Shown here one piece after another: positions 24,991-39,033 of a stretch of 64,000 bases of DNA. Source of the DNA: Cenococcum geophilum (lineage: Eukaryota); assembly GCA_050273025.1 (NCBI GenBank), contig CP158635.1, forward strand, positions 3,844,001 through 3,908,000, read 5' to 3'. The translations under genes were made by a program, and so were the position numbers. A model generated the notes under the pieces. That model had not been told where the DNA came from and made no database searches. It saw only the letters and a program-made list of their open reading frames with translations. The first letter of the stretch is position 1. Each line of letters starts with the position of its first letter.

Positions 24991-25045
24991 GAAACGCGCT
25001 AAACAAAGTCTACTTAAATCTTATCCTACGAATATTTTCCCGATA

Positions 25046-25487
25046 AAGGCTGTAGTTAGGCTACTAGTTAAGCGGAGCGATATTAAGGCCGACTTAAAGG
25101 ATTATAAGGGTCGAACGCCACTGTTATTGGCGGTAGAAAAAAGGCATAAGGCTATAATTAAGCTACTAGTTAAGCGGAGTGGTGTTAAGGCTGACTTAAA
25201 GAATATATAAAGTTAAACGTCACTATTATAGGCGGCAAGGAATAGGCACGAGGCTATAATTAAGCTGCTACTTGCTGAAGACGTTAATATAGACTCTAAG
25301 AATAAAGATAGTTGGATACCGATATTATAGGCGGCAGAGAATGGGCATAGGGAGATAGTTAAGCTGCTACTTACCGAAGGAGTTAATACGGACCCTAAGG
25401 ATAAATATAGTTGGATACCGCTATTATAGGCGGCAGAGAATAGGCATAAGGAGATAGTTATACTCTGCTTATGAAAGGGGCTGATAC
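25046..25487 (+). pseudogene. Ankyrin-repeat host gene fragment 2 (about 4 repeats)
   Basis: KAVVRLLVKRSDIKADLKDYKGRTPLLLAVEKRHKAIIKLL..; two further WIP(I/L)L*AAEN(G/R)H.EIV repeats; RIP stops. Confidence 0.9.
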
Positions 25488-28400
25488 TGTTAGTTATATA
25501 ACGTAACTCACCAATAACGACTACTCGAGTAGATTATAGTAATATTAGTTAATATATTTCTTATTAATTAAAATAAGAAAGGGCGAGGAGCTTAAGACTT
25601 CTTATTACGCTAGTGCCGCCGCAATATATAATAACCGCTTACCTTATTCCCAATACTAGCAACTCTTCTTTTATAGTTGCTATATATATATAAATACTGC
25701 TTAACTAGTATACTAAATACTAATCCTCTTTACTTACTATTGCTATTATAATATAAGTCTTATTATTCTAAAATTTGCCTCTTAATATATAGTGCTTTTC
25801 TTACTTAAAAGTTAGAGTTAGATATTATATTAGGGCCGCTAAGGCGCTAGTTATAAGTAAGCTAATAGTAATTTTCTATTTTAGGAATGGAAAATCCTAA
25901 TTAGCTAGTTAGAGTTAAGGTTTATAGAATATTATACTCCTACTCCCTTTTAACTTAACCTTTAACTTATATATATAGAGTATTTATATTAATAAATGTT
26001 TCTAAAGCCTTATTTAGGTTTACCTTCGTTATTATATTTACTAGGTTATCTTAACTATTAATTTATTAAAATTTAAAGAGTTTTTGCCGTTTATAGGATT
26101 ATTAAAGTGCTATAATATTAATTGTAAGGCGCTTCTTCTTTATAGTACTAAGCTTAACTAAACACTTATAGAGGGAGTATAAGTTAGTATATATAATTAT
26201 AGGGATAACAGGAAGTTTAAGTTAATCTATAATTATTTTTAGGGTAGTTCTAATTGTAATTACTATATTAACTCCGCTAACTATTCTATATATCTCTAAT
26301 ATTAAAACGCTTTAAGTAATATACTTATTATAGTACTGTAACGCGTAACCTGGACAGGGAGCCTAGTTAAGGGTTCGGCTAAGGACTTAGCATTATAACG
26401 CGTATATATTACGCCTTTACCTCCTATATATACCTCTCCTCTTCTCCTTAGCTTAGTATCTTTATAATATAGCATTCTATAAGCTTCGGTTTAGAGGCAT
26501 TTATACAAGCCGTAATATTATACTAAGCTTACCCTATATTGCCTAGGAAGGCCTTAATAATATCCTACCCTAAAAGAAACTTTATCTGTAACGACGCGTT
26601 AATACGCTATACTTAGACACTAAAACAACTCTATATTGCCTGGGAAGGCCTAGATAATATCCTACTTTATAAGCTAAATAGGACTAGACCTATACCCTTA
26701 GAATTAAAACCAAAGTGTATAATACTAACAAACCTTAGGAAGCTAATAATGGCACCTAAAGCTAGCTTATTTAAGAGAGCTGCCTCTACCTAAGAGGAAC
26801 CTGAGATCTAATTAGGATTAGAAATTAAAGATAATAATAACGTTATAAACGTACGCGAGTAGATTCGCGCCTTTATAGCTAACTAGGAAGCTAATTATCT
26901 AAAGGCAAGAAATATATAAGAGACTCTATAAGAGATCTTAGAAAGCCTTATAGCCCTATAAAATAGCCTAGCTTCCCCTTCTTAAAGCCTTAGCTAACTT
27001 ATTTACTCTACTAAGTATAATATACTAGGGAGTACGGATATAATAACGAAGTAATTAAAGTCCGTTAAGCTCCCTAACTCCCTACTATTATCTAATAGGA
27101 TAAACCCTACCTTTAAGAATTAGAGGATTTAAGTATAAGGAAAGCTCTACGTTAACTATAACTATTTCCTTTTTAAAGAAGTCAAAATACTCTACCTTTT
27201 TGGTTGAACTACTGGGGACGCTTAACGGCACCTTTAAGCCAAGTTTAAGGACAATTCCCCTATCTAATTTATATCTATTAACGAGATAATATAGTACCTA
27301 GCTGCTATTTATATTAACCCAAATAAAGTACGGGATGCCTAGTATAACTATAATCGCCTAATAATAAAGCTAAACCAACTCTTTGCCAGATTTTAAACTT
27401 AATTCCTATACCTTATAGGAGAAGGCTAAGTCCCCCTTAAAAATTACCGATTGGACCTATATAATAAACTAACGATTAGGCTGTAAGAAAAGATTATAGT
27501 AACCTTAAACAACCTACCAAACTATAAAAGACTTACGGCTTATTACCTATTATTAGATATAGAACTAAAGTAAATTAACGCCTACCCTAATTAGTAGAAG
27601 CGACCCTAAAACCCGTTAACTACACCTATAGGAGCTAGAGTAGGAAGATAAGTTATAGCGGTCCCTGCTCTAAAAGTAGTTACTACTATATATCTATAAG
27701 CCTCGCCTAACCCGCTACGTATTACGCCCTTAACTAGCAATCGCCGTAATACCCTAATCGACCCTACTATGGTTATATATTACAACTGCGATAAGGATAG
27801 TTACTTTACCTTATCTTACCTAGAGCTAAAGGATATAGGCGATATTAAGGAGATAAAGGAAGGAGAGACATCTAACAAGTTGGGAAAAAAAGAACCCTAG
27901 GGAAAGACTTCCCCCCTAGGGTACCCTATTAATCTTAAAGAGATTAATTTAAGTTAGTTAATAGGTAGAAAACACTTTACGGTTCTATATATAGTATTTT
28001 AAAATAGATATAGTGTTAATATAACTGCCCTTATTAATACTAAAGTAAATAGTTTTACCTTTATAAATACTGCTTATTTAAATAACGTTGCTAAGTTTCT
28101 AAATGTAAAAGCTACTAGGCTAAAGAAGCCTGTTTAAGTAAGAGGATATAATGGTTAGGCTAGTAAGCTGGTTACCTATATCCTAAAGTTATATATCGCT
28201 CTTAACGGACGACGCCAGTATAGTATCCCCTTTTGCATCCTAGACCTAGGGTCCTATAATATAATCCTTAGCTAAAAATAGATGTCCTATTTTAATATTT
28301 GGCTAAATATATAATAAAGATAATTTGTCTGGCTAGAGAGTAGACTAAAATTACCTTCCTTTATTAGGGAAATCTAAACTAACTATAAGACACTAGCCGC

Positions 28401-31400
28401 GAGGGCTAATCTTACCTATTAGTAGGATGTTAGGGACCGCAACCTAGCCTTTACCTAAGAAGATGCCCGTTATAAGGCCGGAAGGAACTCTTTTATACCG
28501 ATAAAGATACTCCCCTAAAGTGCTATAGTTAATAAAAACTCTACGTATAGTAGCGGGATAGATAGTAATGTAGATAACGTCTAAATTACGCAGATTTAAC
28601 TAATATAGAAGAGAATATACTAATAGGACATAAGAGATAACCTCTAAAAGATATAATAGGAGCTAAAAGGAGTGATAATAACGCCTTTACCCTAAAAGCC
28701 CCTAAGGTCCTATATACCCCTATTATTACGCAACCCCCCTATAGTAGATATTGCGGCAATTAGCGCTATAGTATTCTACTTTAATATATATAGGAGGGAT
28801 AACGAGGTCTTTATAACTAGCTTATATAAAATTAACTAGATTATTAACGAGAGGGAAGAAAAGCCAGCTAAGGAAACTAATAAGGAACTAGTTAAACGCC
28901 TCCTCCCTACTATTTATACGGGATATAAGAATGCATTCTTAAAAGCGGCTTTAGGTAAGTTACCTCCTTACTAGATATACAATTATAAGATTTAATTAGA
29001 AGCTAATAACTTGCTAGGATATAGCCCTCTATACTAATAATTAATAGATAAGCTAAAAGTAATAAAGTAGTACTTAATTAAGAACCTTAATAAAGGTTTT
29101 ATTAAGCCAAGCTAAGCCCCTTTTACTTCCCCTATTCTATTTATAAAAAAGGCTAATAAAAGCCTTTATTTCTATATTAACTATTAAAAGCTAAACGCTA
29201 TTACTTAAAAGGATTAGTATCTTATTCCTTTAATTAATAAAACCCTTATATATCTAAGCTAGGTAAAGATCTTTACTAAACTTAATATCCGCTAAGCTTT
29301 CTACTAAATTAAAATAGACCCTATATCTAAAGATTTAATAACGTTCTATACCCATTATAGGTCCTATAAATATAAAGTCCTTCCTTTTAGACTAATAAAT
29401 AGGCTAGCTATATACCAAAGGTATATAAGCGATGTCCTTTTTAACTACCTTAATAAATTCTATACAGTATATCTAGACGATATTCTTATATACTTAAACG
29501 ATGAACTTAAGTATAAAGTTTATATAAAGAAGGTCCTAGAGAGACTACGGAATATAGGCTTATAAGTTAATATTAAGAAATATAAATTTAGAGTAAAACG
29601 TATAAAGTACCTTAGGTTTATTATTATTATAAAAGGAATTAAAGTTAATCCTAAAAAGGTTAAAGCAATCTATAACTAAAAACCCCCTTATACCGTAAAA
29701 GGAATCTAGTCCTTCCTTAGTTTTTATAACTTTTACTATTAGTTTATCCGTAATTATAGAGTTATAGCTAAGCCTTTTATACAACTTACCTGGAAAGATA
29801 CGCCCTTTACCTTTAATAGTGACTATATAGAAGCCTTTAAAGAGTTAAAAGAGCGGCTTATCTCTTCTTTAATCCTTTATTACTATAACCTAGACCTTAA
29901 ATTAATGTTAAAAATAGACGCTTTTAACGGAGTTATAGCGGGAATCCTATTACAGCTATATTAGGACGGCGAATAGTACTCTATTACCTTCTTTTTAAAA
30001 TAATAAACCTAGCTAAGTGTAACTACGAAATATATAATAAAGAAATGCTAGCTATTATTTAATTGCTATCCTAATAGCGCGTGGAGCTTAAAGGTATAAA
30101 CTCCCGGATTAAGATATATATAGATTATAAGGCCCTAGAGTACTTTATAACTATAAAGTAGCTTACTAGATAGTAAGCCTAGTAGGCTAAAGTACTTTCC
30201 TAATTCTTCTTTATAATTATATATCGTTTTAGTAAGTAAAACTCTAAGGCTAATGCCTTAACTTAAAGAGAATGAGATATAGGACCTTAGAATAAGCTAA
30301 AGACCTAATACCAGACGCGTGTACTCCTCTATCCTAAATAGCTTAACCTATAGATCCTTAAGGAGCTAAACTCCTAGTAAAACGAGCTAGTACTAATAGA
30401 GGAGTCCTTAGACGAACTAATAGGGCTAATTAACCGCCTCCTAACTATAAACCGTACGGCTAACGCTTTAAAGGCCCTCCGCGATTAAGCTATAAAAAGA
30501 GACCCCAATTTTAAAACGGAGGAAGGATTGCTCCTATATTAAGAGCGGCTTATAGTCCCCAACGTTAATAATTTATAGACTAAACTAATTCGCAAAGCCT
30601 ATTACTAAGTCTCTATGGTATACCCTAGTAAGAATAAGACCTGTAAAATTATTAGTGGCCGCTACTACTGGCCTAGGATGGCTATAGATATTAATTAATA
30701 TATATAGAACTGCGATAACTACTGAAGAGCTATAATCCTACGAGATAAAACCCTAGGACTACTAAAACCGCTCCCAATACTAGAGCGCCCTTAGTAATAT
30801 ATCTCTATAGACTTCTATAAACTACCTATAGACCGTAACGGATATAATATAGTTATAATTCTAGTTAATTACTTTAGTAAGCGCCTATTTTTAATCCTCT
30901 ACTATAAGAATATTAATGCTAAAGAGGCGGCCTAGCTATATATTTACTACGTCTACTAAATTTACGGACCGCTAGATATTATTATATCTAATTATAGGCT
31001 ATAGTTTATATTAGCTTTCTAAAGCAAGTTTACCTAGATCCTAGGTATTAAGCTAAAGCTCTTTATAGTGTATTACCCTTAAATAGACAGTTAGATAGAG
31101 ATTATAAATTAGTATTTAGACTAGAGACTCCGGCCCTTTATTAACTACTTTTAGGATAACTAGTTTAAACTACTCCCCCTAATAGACTATACCCAAGCAA
31201 CCTTACCCTATAACTTTATAGGGTTTGCCCCTATTTAGCTAAAAATGGGCTACTTGCCCCATATAAGCTTTAACTAAAAAAGACTAGAAGAACCTTGGAC
31301 TATATACGAGAAACTATCCTATAGGTAAGGCCCAGTAGTACGCTAAACGCTTAGAAGAGGCCTAGATAGTAGCCCGTAAAAACTTAGAAAAAGCCTAAAG

Positions 31401-31597
31401 GTTAATAGAATAGCAGGTAAATAAACACCGCTAGGAACCTAACTTTGCCCCTAGTAATAGGGTCTAGGTTATAATAAAGAATTAAAGGACTAAGCGGCCT
31501 AGTCGTAAGCTAGACTATTAAATAGTAGGACCGTATAAGGTCCTAAAGAAGGTAGGCAACTTATATAAGGTAAAGCTCCCAAATTTAATTAGAGTTT

Positions 31598-34500
31598 TAT
31601 TAGGACGCCAAGGTCCTTAGGGTATATAGTAATGTAATAATAGTAATGGGATGCAAAGAGTATCTAGTTCTTAATGAAGTAGAACTATAGAATTGAATTC
31701 TGCTGTTCTCTAATATGGGGCGACTACGTTTTATAGGCGCCTCGCCTGCGCCTCGCCTGCGCCAAGCTAGTTGCGGCTAGTACGTCTCTATAGCCTAATA
31801 ATTGCCCCCCCCTTCTTAAGCGGCTGTCCTTAGCCAACGCTATTGTACAATAGGAGCGCTATTATTACCCTTCGCTAAATAAAAAAATGTTTAACAAAAT
31901 TTATGTAAATTAAATAATAGGATAATAGAATAATAGGATAATAAGACACTAGGACCATATAGAGATCTATAAAGGTAGAAGTTCCTACCTAGGTAGGATA
32001 TCAGATTTCCCTTCCAATTCTATTTCAATTTATTTAGCCCACGACTTGCCTTCTTTACAATTTCTAATTAACTATAAATTGCAAGCGTTAAGCTGCCGGT
32101 CCGCCTGCTAGTAACCCTTTTATAAGTATTCTTTATACTAGCTTATAGCTATTACTACCCCTACTAGGCGCCGTTAAAGCTCCTACGCTACTTATAAGCC
32201 GCTCCCCTAGCCTTACTAGAACTAATCTGCCTCCGTTATATTAAGCGTATAGCTGCTACTAGGCGGGCTACCTATAGCAAGCAGGCTAACCGCAATTATG
32301 GGTACTACTAATAACTGAATAAGTTATGCTAAGCAGTAAGTTTAAGTATATTAGTTTAGGTTCTAATAGCTAATAGACTAGGTCCCTAAGGCCTTTTATA
32401 GCCGCCTAAATAAGCTGCTTACCCTTATTAATAGGGCTAAACGCCGGCGGGTTACTAGCGGAGACACGGCTAACCTTAACGCTCGTATTGCTGCCGCCTA
32501 GAAGTCCTTTATAAAGGATATTAAGGCCTTAGTACGCACTAGCGCTAAGCACGGTTTCCGCTAGCGCCTAAAGGGCGAAGACTTTTCTTTACTCTAAGTG
32601 CAGGAATTATAGACTATCTATTATACTCTTAAAGGAATTCTTAATATAATGCGCGCTTTAGTACGTGTTATAGCGCAGGTGTTTTACCATTATAGCGTAT
32701 ACTAATAGTACCTATAAGCTAATATGCCTCCCATTATAAGAGATAAGGAGGAGGGAGAGGAGGAGGATAAGAAGGGAGAGGAGGAGGAGAATAAGGAAGA
32801 AGGGGAGGAAAGGGAGGATTTAATAGAGCTGTAGAGTATCTATATTTCTATTAGCATACTGCTATTACTTTACTATTATTCTGTCATCGCCCCGCTAGTA
32901 GGGCGTAATCTTAGTTATAATTAAAAGTTTTTTATTCTCCCACCTACTTTCTTTTCCGTTTGCTCTTTAGGGTAAAGTAACTATTATACGTCTCCTTTGC
33001 GTCCTTATTAATGTCCTCTACTAGGACCTATTTATTATATTCTTTTAGCTAGCCTTTTTACTTAACTAGGTACTATAGGGTTTGGTTATATCCCTTTCTC
33101 CTATATACTTCTTTTACCTTATATTGGTCCTCTTAGTCCGCTTAATTGTCTAGCTTAATAGGCCCTAGTAAAGGGTCTCTAGTAGTGCCCTTATATTATT
33201 TATATAGCTCTAGTAAGCTAATATAGAATACTAGGTAGATATAGTTGGTATACTTACCTTCTAACTAGTTTAGCTATACTAAAAGGTCCAATAAAGCGTG
33301 CTATAAGTTTCTTACTTAGCCTTTTTAGTTTAAGGTTCTTAGTTAATAGCAAGACTAGATCCCCTACTTTATATATCTATAATTAGTAATAACAATTATA
33401 GTATTTCGCCTACGCCTTAGCGGCGTGCTCCTAGCGTTTCGCCAGCGCTTCGCGTTTAAAGGATATTCTTTTAATCCTCTTAAAGGCGGCTAGAATAGAA
33501 CTATTATCATCTACCTAAACCTTATATTCTAGATATAGGTAAAACCTATAGCAGGTATAGAACGGGCTTATACCTATTATACTATATTTAGCATTATTAT
33601 AGGCGAATTTAGCTAGCAATAAAAGGCCTGCCTAGTTGCTTTACTTTTTATTACAGAATACACAGAGGTAGTACTCTAGGGTTTAGTTCTGGCGTTTTAT
33701 TTACCCGTCCGTTTATAGGTAAAAGGCCGTACTTAGCCTATATTTTATCTTCGTAGTAAAGTATAGTTCTAACTAGAACTTACTAGTGAAAATACTGCCG
33801 TAATTAGATATAATCCCCCTAGGGGCTCCAAAACGGCGTACTACTTTATTAAGAAAGAGATCCGCGAGTTTGGTTATAGTAATAGTTTTTACTATAGGTA
33901 GATATAAGGCTATTTTAGTATAGCGGTTAACTATTATATATATTGCGTTATATACCTTATTACCTTGTTTATTAGGTAGTAGGCCTATAATAAAGTCTAT
34001 TATAATCTCTTACCACAGCTAGTTTGGGCAAGGTAGCGCTTAAAGCTCGCCATAAGGGCGATATTAAGGCGCATGTATATACTGGCATAGATTATAGGTA
34101 GAGATATAGTTTACAACGTCCGCAGTTATACTAGGCTAGTAGTACTTACGCAAGAGTAGATCTAGGGTTTTTTTCTTACCAAAGTGGCCAGCTAGGGCAT
34201 TATTATAGTAGATCTATAGGAGCTCTATATAAACTACTAGGTCCAGGGGTATATATAACCTCCTATAGTAATAAAGTAGTCTAGCGGAATTAAACTGCCA
34301 CACTAGCTTTAAGTAGGCGCGTTAACGGCGTCTCGTAGTATCTACGCTGTTACTGCGCCTTTATAGTATAAAGTTATCTTTAGTTTAGAGTCCTTTAATA
34401 AGCTTAATAACGGTTTCCGTACTAGACTTATAAGCACTCTCTTAAGTACTAGCTTCTCTAACTTAGGTCCTTATTATACGCTGCTTAACGGCATATATAT

Positions 34501-37500
34501 AGGTTGCCTAATTAAATTATAATACTATATAGCCTAGGCGTACCGCTGTTAGGTTGCTAGCTTATAGCTATAGAAATAATACCTTTATAGAAGGCTTGCT
34601 TTCTTATACATCTAATAGGACTTTTACTTTAGGTTGGTGGCCCTATATTCCCAAAGTCCTTTAGAGCAGTGGTAGCATAGTGTCTTCTTTTAGCGGACCC
34701 CCTACGCCTAGGGGTTACCTTAACAGCGCGTCTATAGGGTTTATTTTTCCCGCCCTATACTTAATTATAAAGTTATAGGCAGCTAATGCTATAGCCTATC
34801 TAGCTTACCGTTTATTAAGGGCTTTTACTTTTATAAAACCCTTTAGATTATTATAATCTGTAAGCACTTCTAGGCGGCTTAATAGCCCCTTAATATAGTA
34901 TCTCCAGTGCTTAAAAGCCTCTATAATAGCTAGTAGCTCCTAATTATAGATTTTATAATTACGCTTTACTAGCAAAAGCTTCCTAAACTAGAAGGCTATT
35001 AGATACTAAAGGCCATCTTTAAATAGCTATAATATAATTGCTGCTAGGCCTTATATAGAGGCATTAGTCTCTAACTGGGTTAGTAAGCCTAGCGTATAGT
35101 GTTATAGGAGCGGCGCTGTTATAAAGGCGTCGTAGAGCCGGTATATTGCCTACTTTGCCTCTTCTAACTAACTAAGAGGCCTAGCTTTACGGCCGATCTT
35201 TACTCCCTTAAGAAGATTAGTAATAGGCTTTGCAATAGTAGAGTACTTATAGATAAACCGGCGATAGAAGTTAGTAAACCCTAGAAAGACCTGGACATCC
35301 CTATAGGATTAAAGGCTCTCCTACTTAGTAATAGCTTCTACCCGGCTAGGATTTATCGCTATGCCTTTAGGACTAATAATATATCTTAGGAACTTAACCT
35401 CTTATATACTAAACCTACACTTCTTAAGGTTTATATATAGTTAATATTACTACAACCTACGTAGCACTTCTAGTATATAGCGCTAGTGTTCCTCTAGATT
35501 TTCTAAGAAAATTAGAATATTATTAAGGTAGACTATATAGAAGACGTCTACTAGTCCTAATAAGGCTCGATTAATATAGCCCTAAAAGGTCACTGGTCCG
35601 TTAGTTAACCCAAAAGGCAAAACTAAATACTTAAAGTGGCCATAACGCGTGCGGAACGCCGTCTTTTACTTATCGCCCCGATAGATACGAAGGCGGTAGT
35701 ACACATTTATTAGGTCTAACTTAGTAAAGATCTTAGAACCTACTAAGCGGTCTAAGGTCTTACTAATTAATAGTAGTGCGAGACGATTCTTAATTATTAC
35801 CTTATTAAGGCCTCTATAGTTTATATAAAGCTATAGCTTCCTATCTTTTTTAGGTATAAATAGAATAGGTACCCCTACGGGACTAGTACTTAGTTAGATT
35901 TAGCCTTTAGCTAAGGCGTTGTCTAAGTACTTCCTTTGTACCTCTAGCTCCTTAATTAAGAGGTTATAGAGCGGTTTATATAGGACTTCCTATCCCTCTT
36001 CTAGGTTAATAGCATAGTCGCCCTAATAGTATTGGGGTAGCTTTCCTGCTTCCTTATATAAGAAGATATCGCTAGCTTTTTTTAACTATGGGGGAAGAAC
36101 TAGTAAGCTGTCGTTGTCTTATTTACTAGGTATTAATCTAGTAATTACTAGGGCGAAGACCCTAGATTCCCTTTAGAGAGACTCTATAAAACCCTTAGGG
36201 GTTTATAGCAATAGGGATAAGCTATCTAGCTTCTATCGCTACGCCTTCACCTTATAGTTAATAAGAAGTCGGGCCTTCTTTAACCCTAGTATACCTAAGG
36301 TAACAGGGAAGGATGCGTTAGCTATTTTATAGTAGATAAGGGTTACTTCCCTAATCCTACTCTAGCTGTCCTTTATTTGTAATAGTACCTTATAGGCTTT
36401 ATAGTAATATACCTAAGTTTTATTTAACTAGAAGTAGGTAGGTAATTCTATATTTAGTGTTTTAAAGTTATACTCTATTACAAATCGCTGGTTAATTATA
36501 TTTACTTTAGTACCGATATTAAGTATTACTAAGGTCTCCTTTTAAATCTGCTTAGAAAGGACTTTACCTAAAATAGTAATAGCTTCTTTATAATCTAGTA
36601 GGAACTTATACCCTACGGCTATAAGGAGGTCTAAGGGCGCTTATCTTTTCCTAGTATAGAGGTAGCGTTTACGCTACTTAGTAGTAGTTAATTCTATTAC
36701 AGCTCTTTACATTATCGCCACTAATATTCTAGCTGCCTACATTTTAAGCAATTTCCTTTAGGCTAAGTTAAACCCCCAGCGGTATTACTTTACCCCGCCA
36801 TTAAGTCGCTAGCGGTAGTTTTAGAGTCCGCTTTCCCTAAGTTACCTAATTAGGTAGTCTTTATATTTAAGTTTACGGCGCGCCTATTACTTCTACCCTA
36901 TAGGGCGCTTACGCTCTTCTAGTTTTCCTCTAATAGGGCAGCTAGGGAAACTAGCTAGTCTTAAGTTTAAGGGAATTTTTAATAGTTAGTAATAGTAACT
37001 CGTAGCTCTAGCCGCAGCTTCGCGAATAGATATATTATTAGATACTTTACATTATAAGGAGAATTAATTTATGCTTTTAAGGAGGTTAGGTAAGCAGCAA
37101 ACTCGTTTACTAGTTAATTGGTTCGCTGTATTGTCTTTACGTAGGTTAGGGCTATATAAAGTTCTCAATTAATAAGACTTTTAATCTGGTTAAGTAGGAA
37201 TTCTATAAGCTCCTCCTAGGTAAACTATATGTCTAAATAGTTATCTTTATACTGTAGCTAAAGGGTTTAGTTAGTCCTCTTTATATATTATATAGTAAAC
37301 GCAACTTTAATATCCTTATCTATAAAGCTATTACGCTCTAGGCGGAATGCTAGCTTTAAGCTATTACGGAAGTCTTAGTGCTCTTAAATAAACTTGCCAT
37401 AATATAAAGCAATCTTCTCTATTTTAACGGCCCATTTTAATAGAGCGCCTAATATATTAGTAGCCCTTCACTTAAGACTTAAATATATTAGGCTACCCTC

Positions 37501-38136
37501 CAAGTACTCTAATAGGATTATTTAAGGTTATAAAAATGGGTTAGAAATGGAAGTCGACGTTACCTCGCCGCGTTAACGCCGTCTTAGCACTTTTACCTCT
37601 TCCTTAAGCAAGTATAGTTTTCTTTACTCTAAGAGTTATAGCTTCTCGTTCTCTAGCCGTTATATTTCTTCCTATATATCCCCTTTATCTATAGCTTCCG
37701 GTTCTATCTAGGACGATATAGGTTCGCCTATATTATTCTAGGGCTAATCCCTAGACTTAGTAGTACACATTACGCTAGTACGCCCGCGTCTCGCCATTAG
37801 GTTAATAGGCTACGATATAGTTAATAAATATAGGTCGTCTTCTTAACAGAGGGTTGCCGCTATATAGTCGTGGCCTTCGCAGACCGCTGTATTATTAGGC
37901 CACTACCCCTAAAAAGGAATAAGAATTTAGTACTATTAGGACGCTAAGGTCCTTAGGGCATATAGTAACATAATAACAGTAACGGGATGTAAAGAGTATC
38001 TAGTTCTTAATGAAGTAGAACTATAAAACTGAATTCTACTATTCTCTAATATAGGGCGACTACGTTTTATAGGCGCCTCGCCTACGCCTCGCCTACGCTA
38101 AGCCGGTTGCGGCTAGTGTGTCTCTATAGCCTAATA
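31598..38136 (-). mobile_element. Ty3/Gypsy chromovirus G4 (6539 bp)
   Basis: LTRs 31598-31800 and 37934-38136 (203 bp), TSD AGTTT, PPT complement after 31800. gag ATG 37797, RT about 35300-35900, integrase about 33550-34250, chromodomain about 33000-33150. Confidence 0.95.
32074..32834 (+). pseudogene. Antisense four-exon gene in G4: Cys6 zinc-cluster-like protein with acidic tail (about 200 aa, RIP relic)
   Basis: Exons 32074-32121, 32168-32335, 32382-32660 and about 32718-32834, all phase 0. Motif ICLR(C)IKRIAATRRAT(C)SKQANRN(C)GY(C)QQLNKLC; GAG-rich acidic C-terminus. Confidence 0.8.
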
Positions 38137-38934
38137 AGTTTACCCTATTTTCTTACTAGATAAGTTATAAAAAGCTATAAGTAACCTATTACCCAGGTAG
38201 AAGAACAAGCCTTTCCTACCAATTTAACTTAGTGGTAATAATAAATAGGAAGTTAAGGAAATACTAGTATATAAGCTAGTATAAGGAGTGCTAAAATACC
38301 GTGTTTAATAAAAGGGCTATAACCCTGACCTAACCTAGTACCCTACTTAGAACTTTATAGGCTGCCCCTAGAAGCTTAAAGAGTTTTATAATTAATACCC
38401 TAACTTACCTAAACCCCTAAAGTACCTAGATAAGTAAATAGAATATTAATATAATAAAAATAATAAGTTACCGGAAGAGTATAGAGATAAGAACGCCCTA
38501 AGGCCTAAGGAACGAAGCCTACTATAATATACGGCCACCTAGATTTGCGCGTTATATAAGGCCTTTAGATATCTAGGAACTTTAACCGCCGGTTAAAGTT
38601 CTCTAATTAGCTAGATCTTTGCTAAAAGTTTTAGTAGCTACCCTTTCTACTTTAGCGCTTCTACATGATCTACGGTTGCCTTATATACTTAGTTTAAATA
38701 TACTTACGTCTCCTTTTTTTTTTTTTAGTTTTACTTTATTTTTAATAAAGCCTAAGGGTAGGCTTTCTTTTAAAAGGGGGGGGGGTAATATTACGGCACC
38801 GTAACGCGTAACCTAGACAGGGAGCCTAGTTAGGGGTTTGGCTAAGGACATGGCGTTATAACGCGTATATGTTACGCCTCTACCTCCTATATATACCTCT
38901 CCTCTTCTTCTTAGCTTAGTATCTTCGTAATATA

Positions 38935-39033
38935 ATAATAATTCATTGCTTAACGTCCGATTCGGATCCCTATTGGGCCCACGCGGACTACTCCTTATGT
39001 ACATGTGGGGAGAAAACTCTATTTGAGAAAACC
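38935..39033 (-). mobile_element. 5'-truncated non-LTR insertion (99 bp) in the 3' LTR of G3
   Basis: 15-bp TSD TATCTTCGTAATATA (38920-38934, 39034-39048). Absent from the three other LTRs of the family. Short ATTATTAT tail; 3' 60 nt similar to 24672-24730. Confidence 0.85.

Larger units (their letters stand above)
11132..25045. mobile_element. Non-autonomous TIR element A (2-bp TSD, CMC/EnSpm-like) carrying nested H2, G2 and the SINE-like element
   Basis: Imperfect TIR: TATTGGCAAAATAT on the left, TATCGGGAAAATAT as reverse complement on the right. TSD AA restores GGG CAC AAG GCT of the ankyrin gene. Internal core shared with elements B and C. Confidence 0.7.

Noticed and set aside
24974..25210. 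78-aa ORF as an intact ankyrin gene
   Set aside because: Its start lies in the end of element A; it is a chimeric piece of the ankyrin pseudogene.
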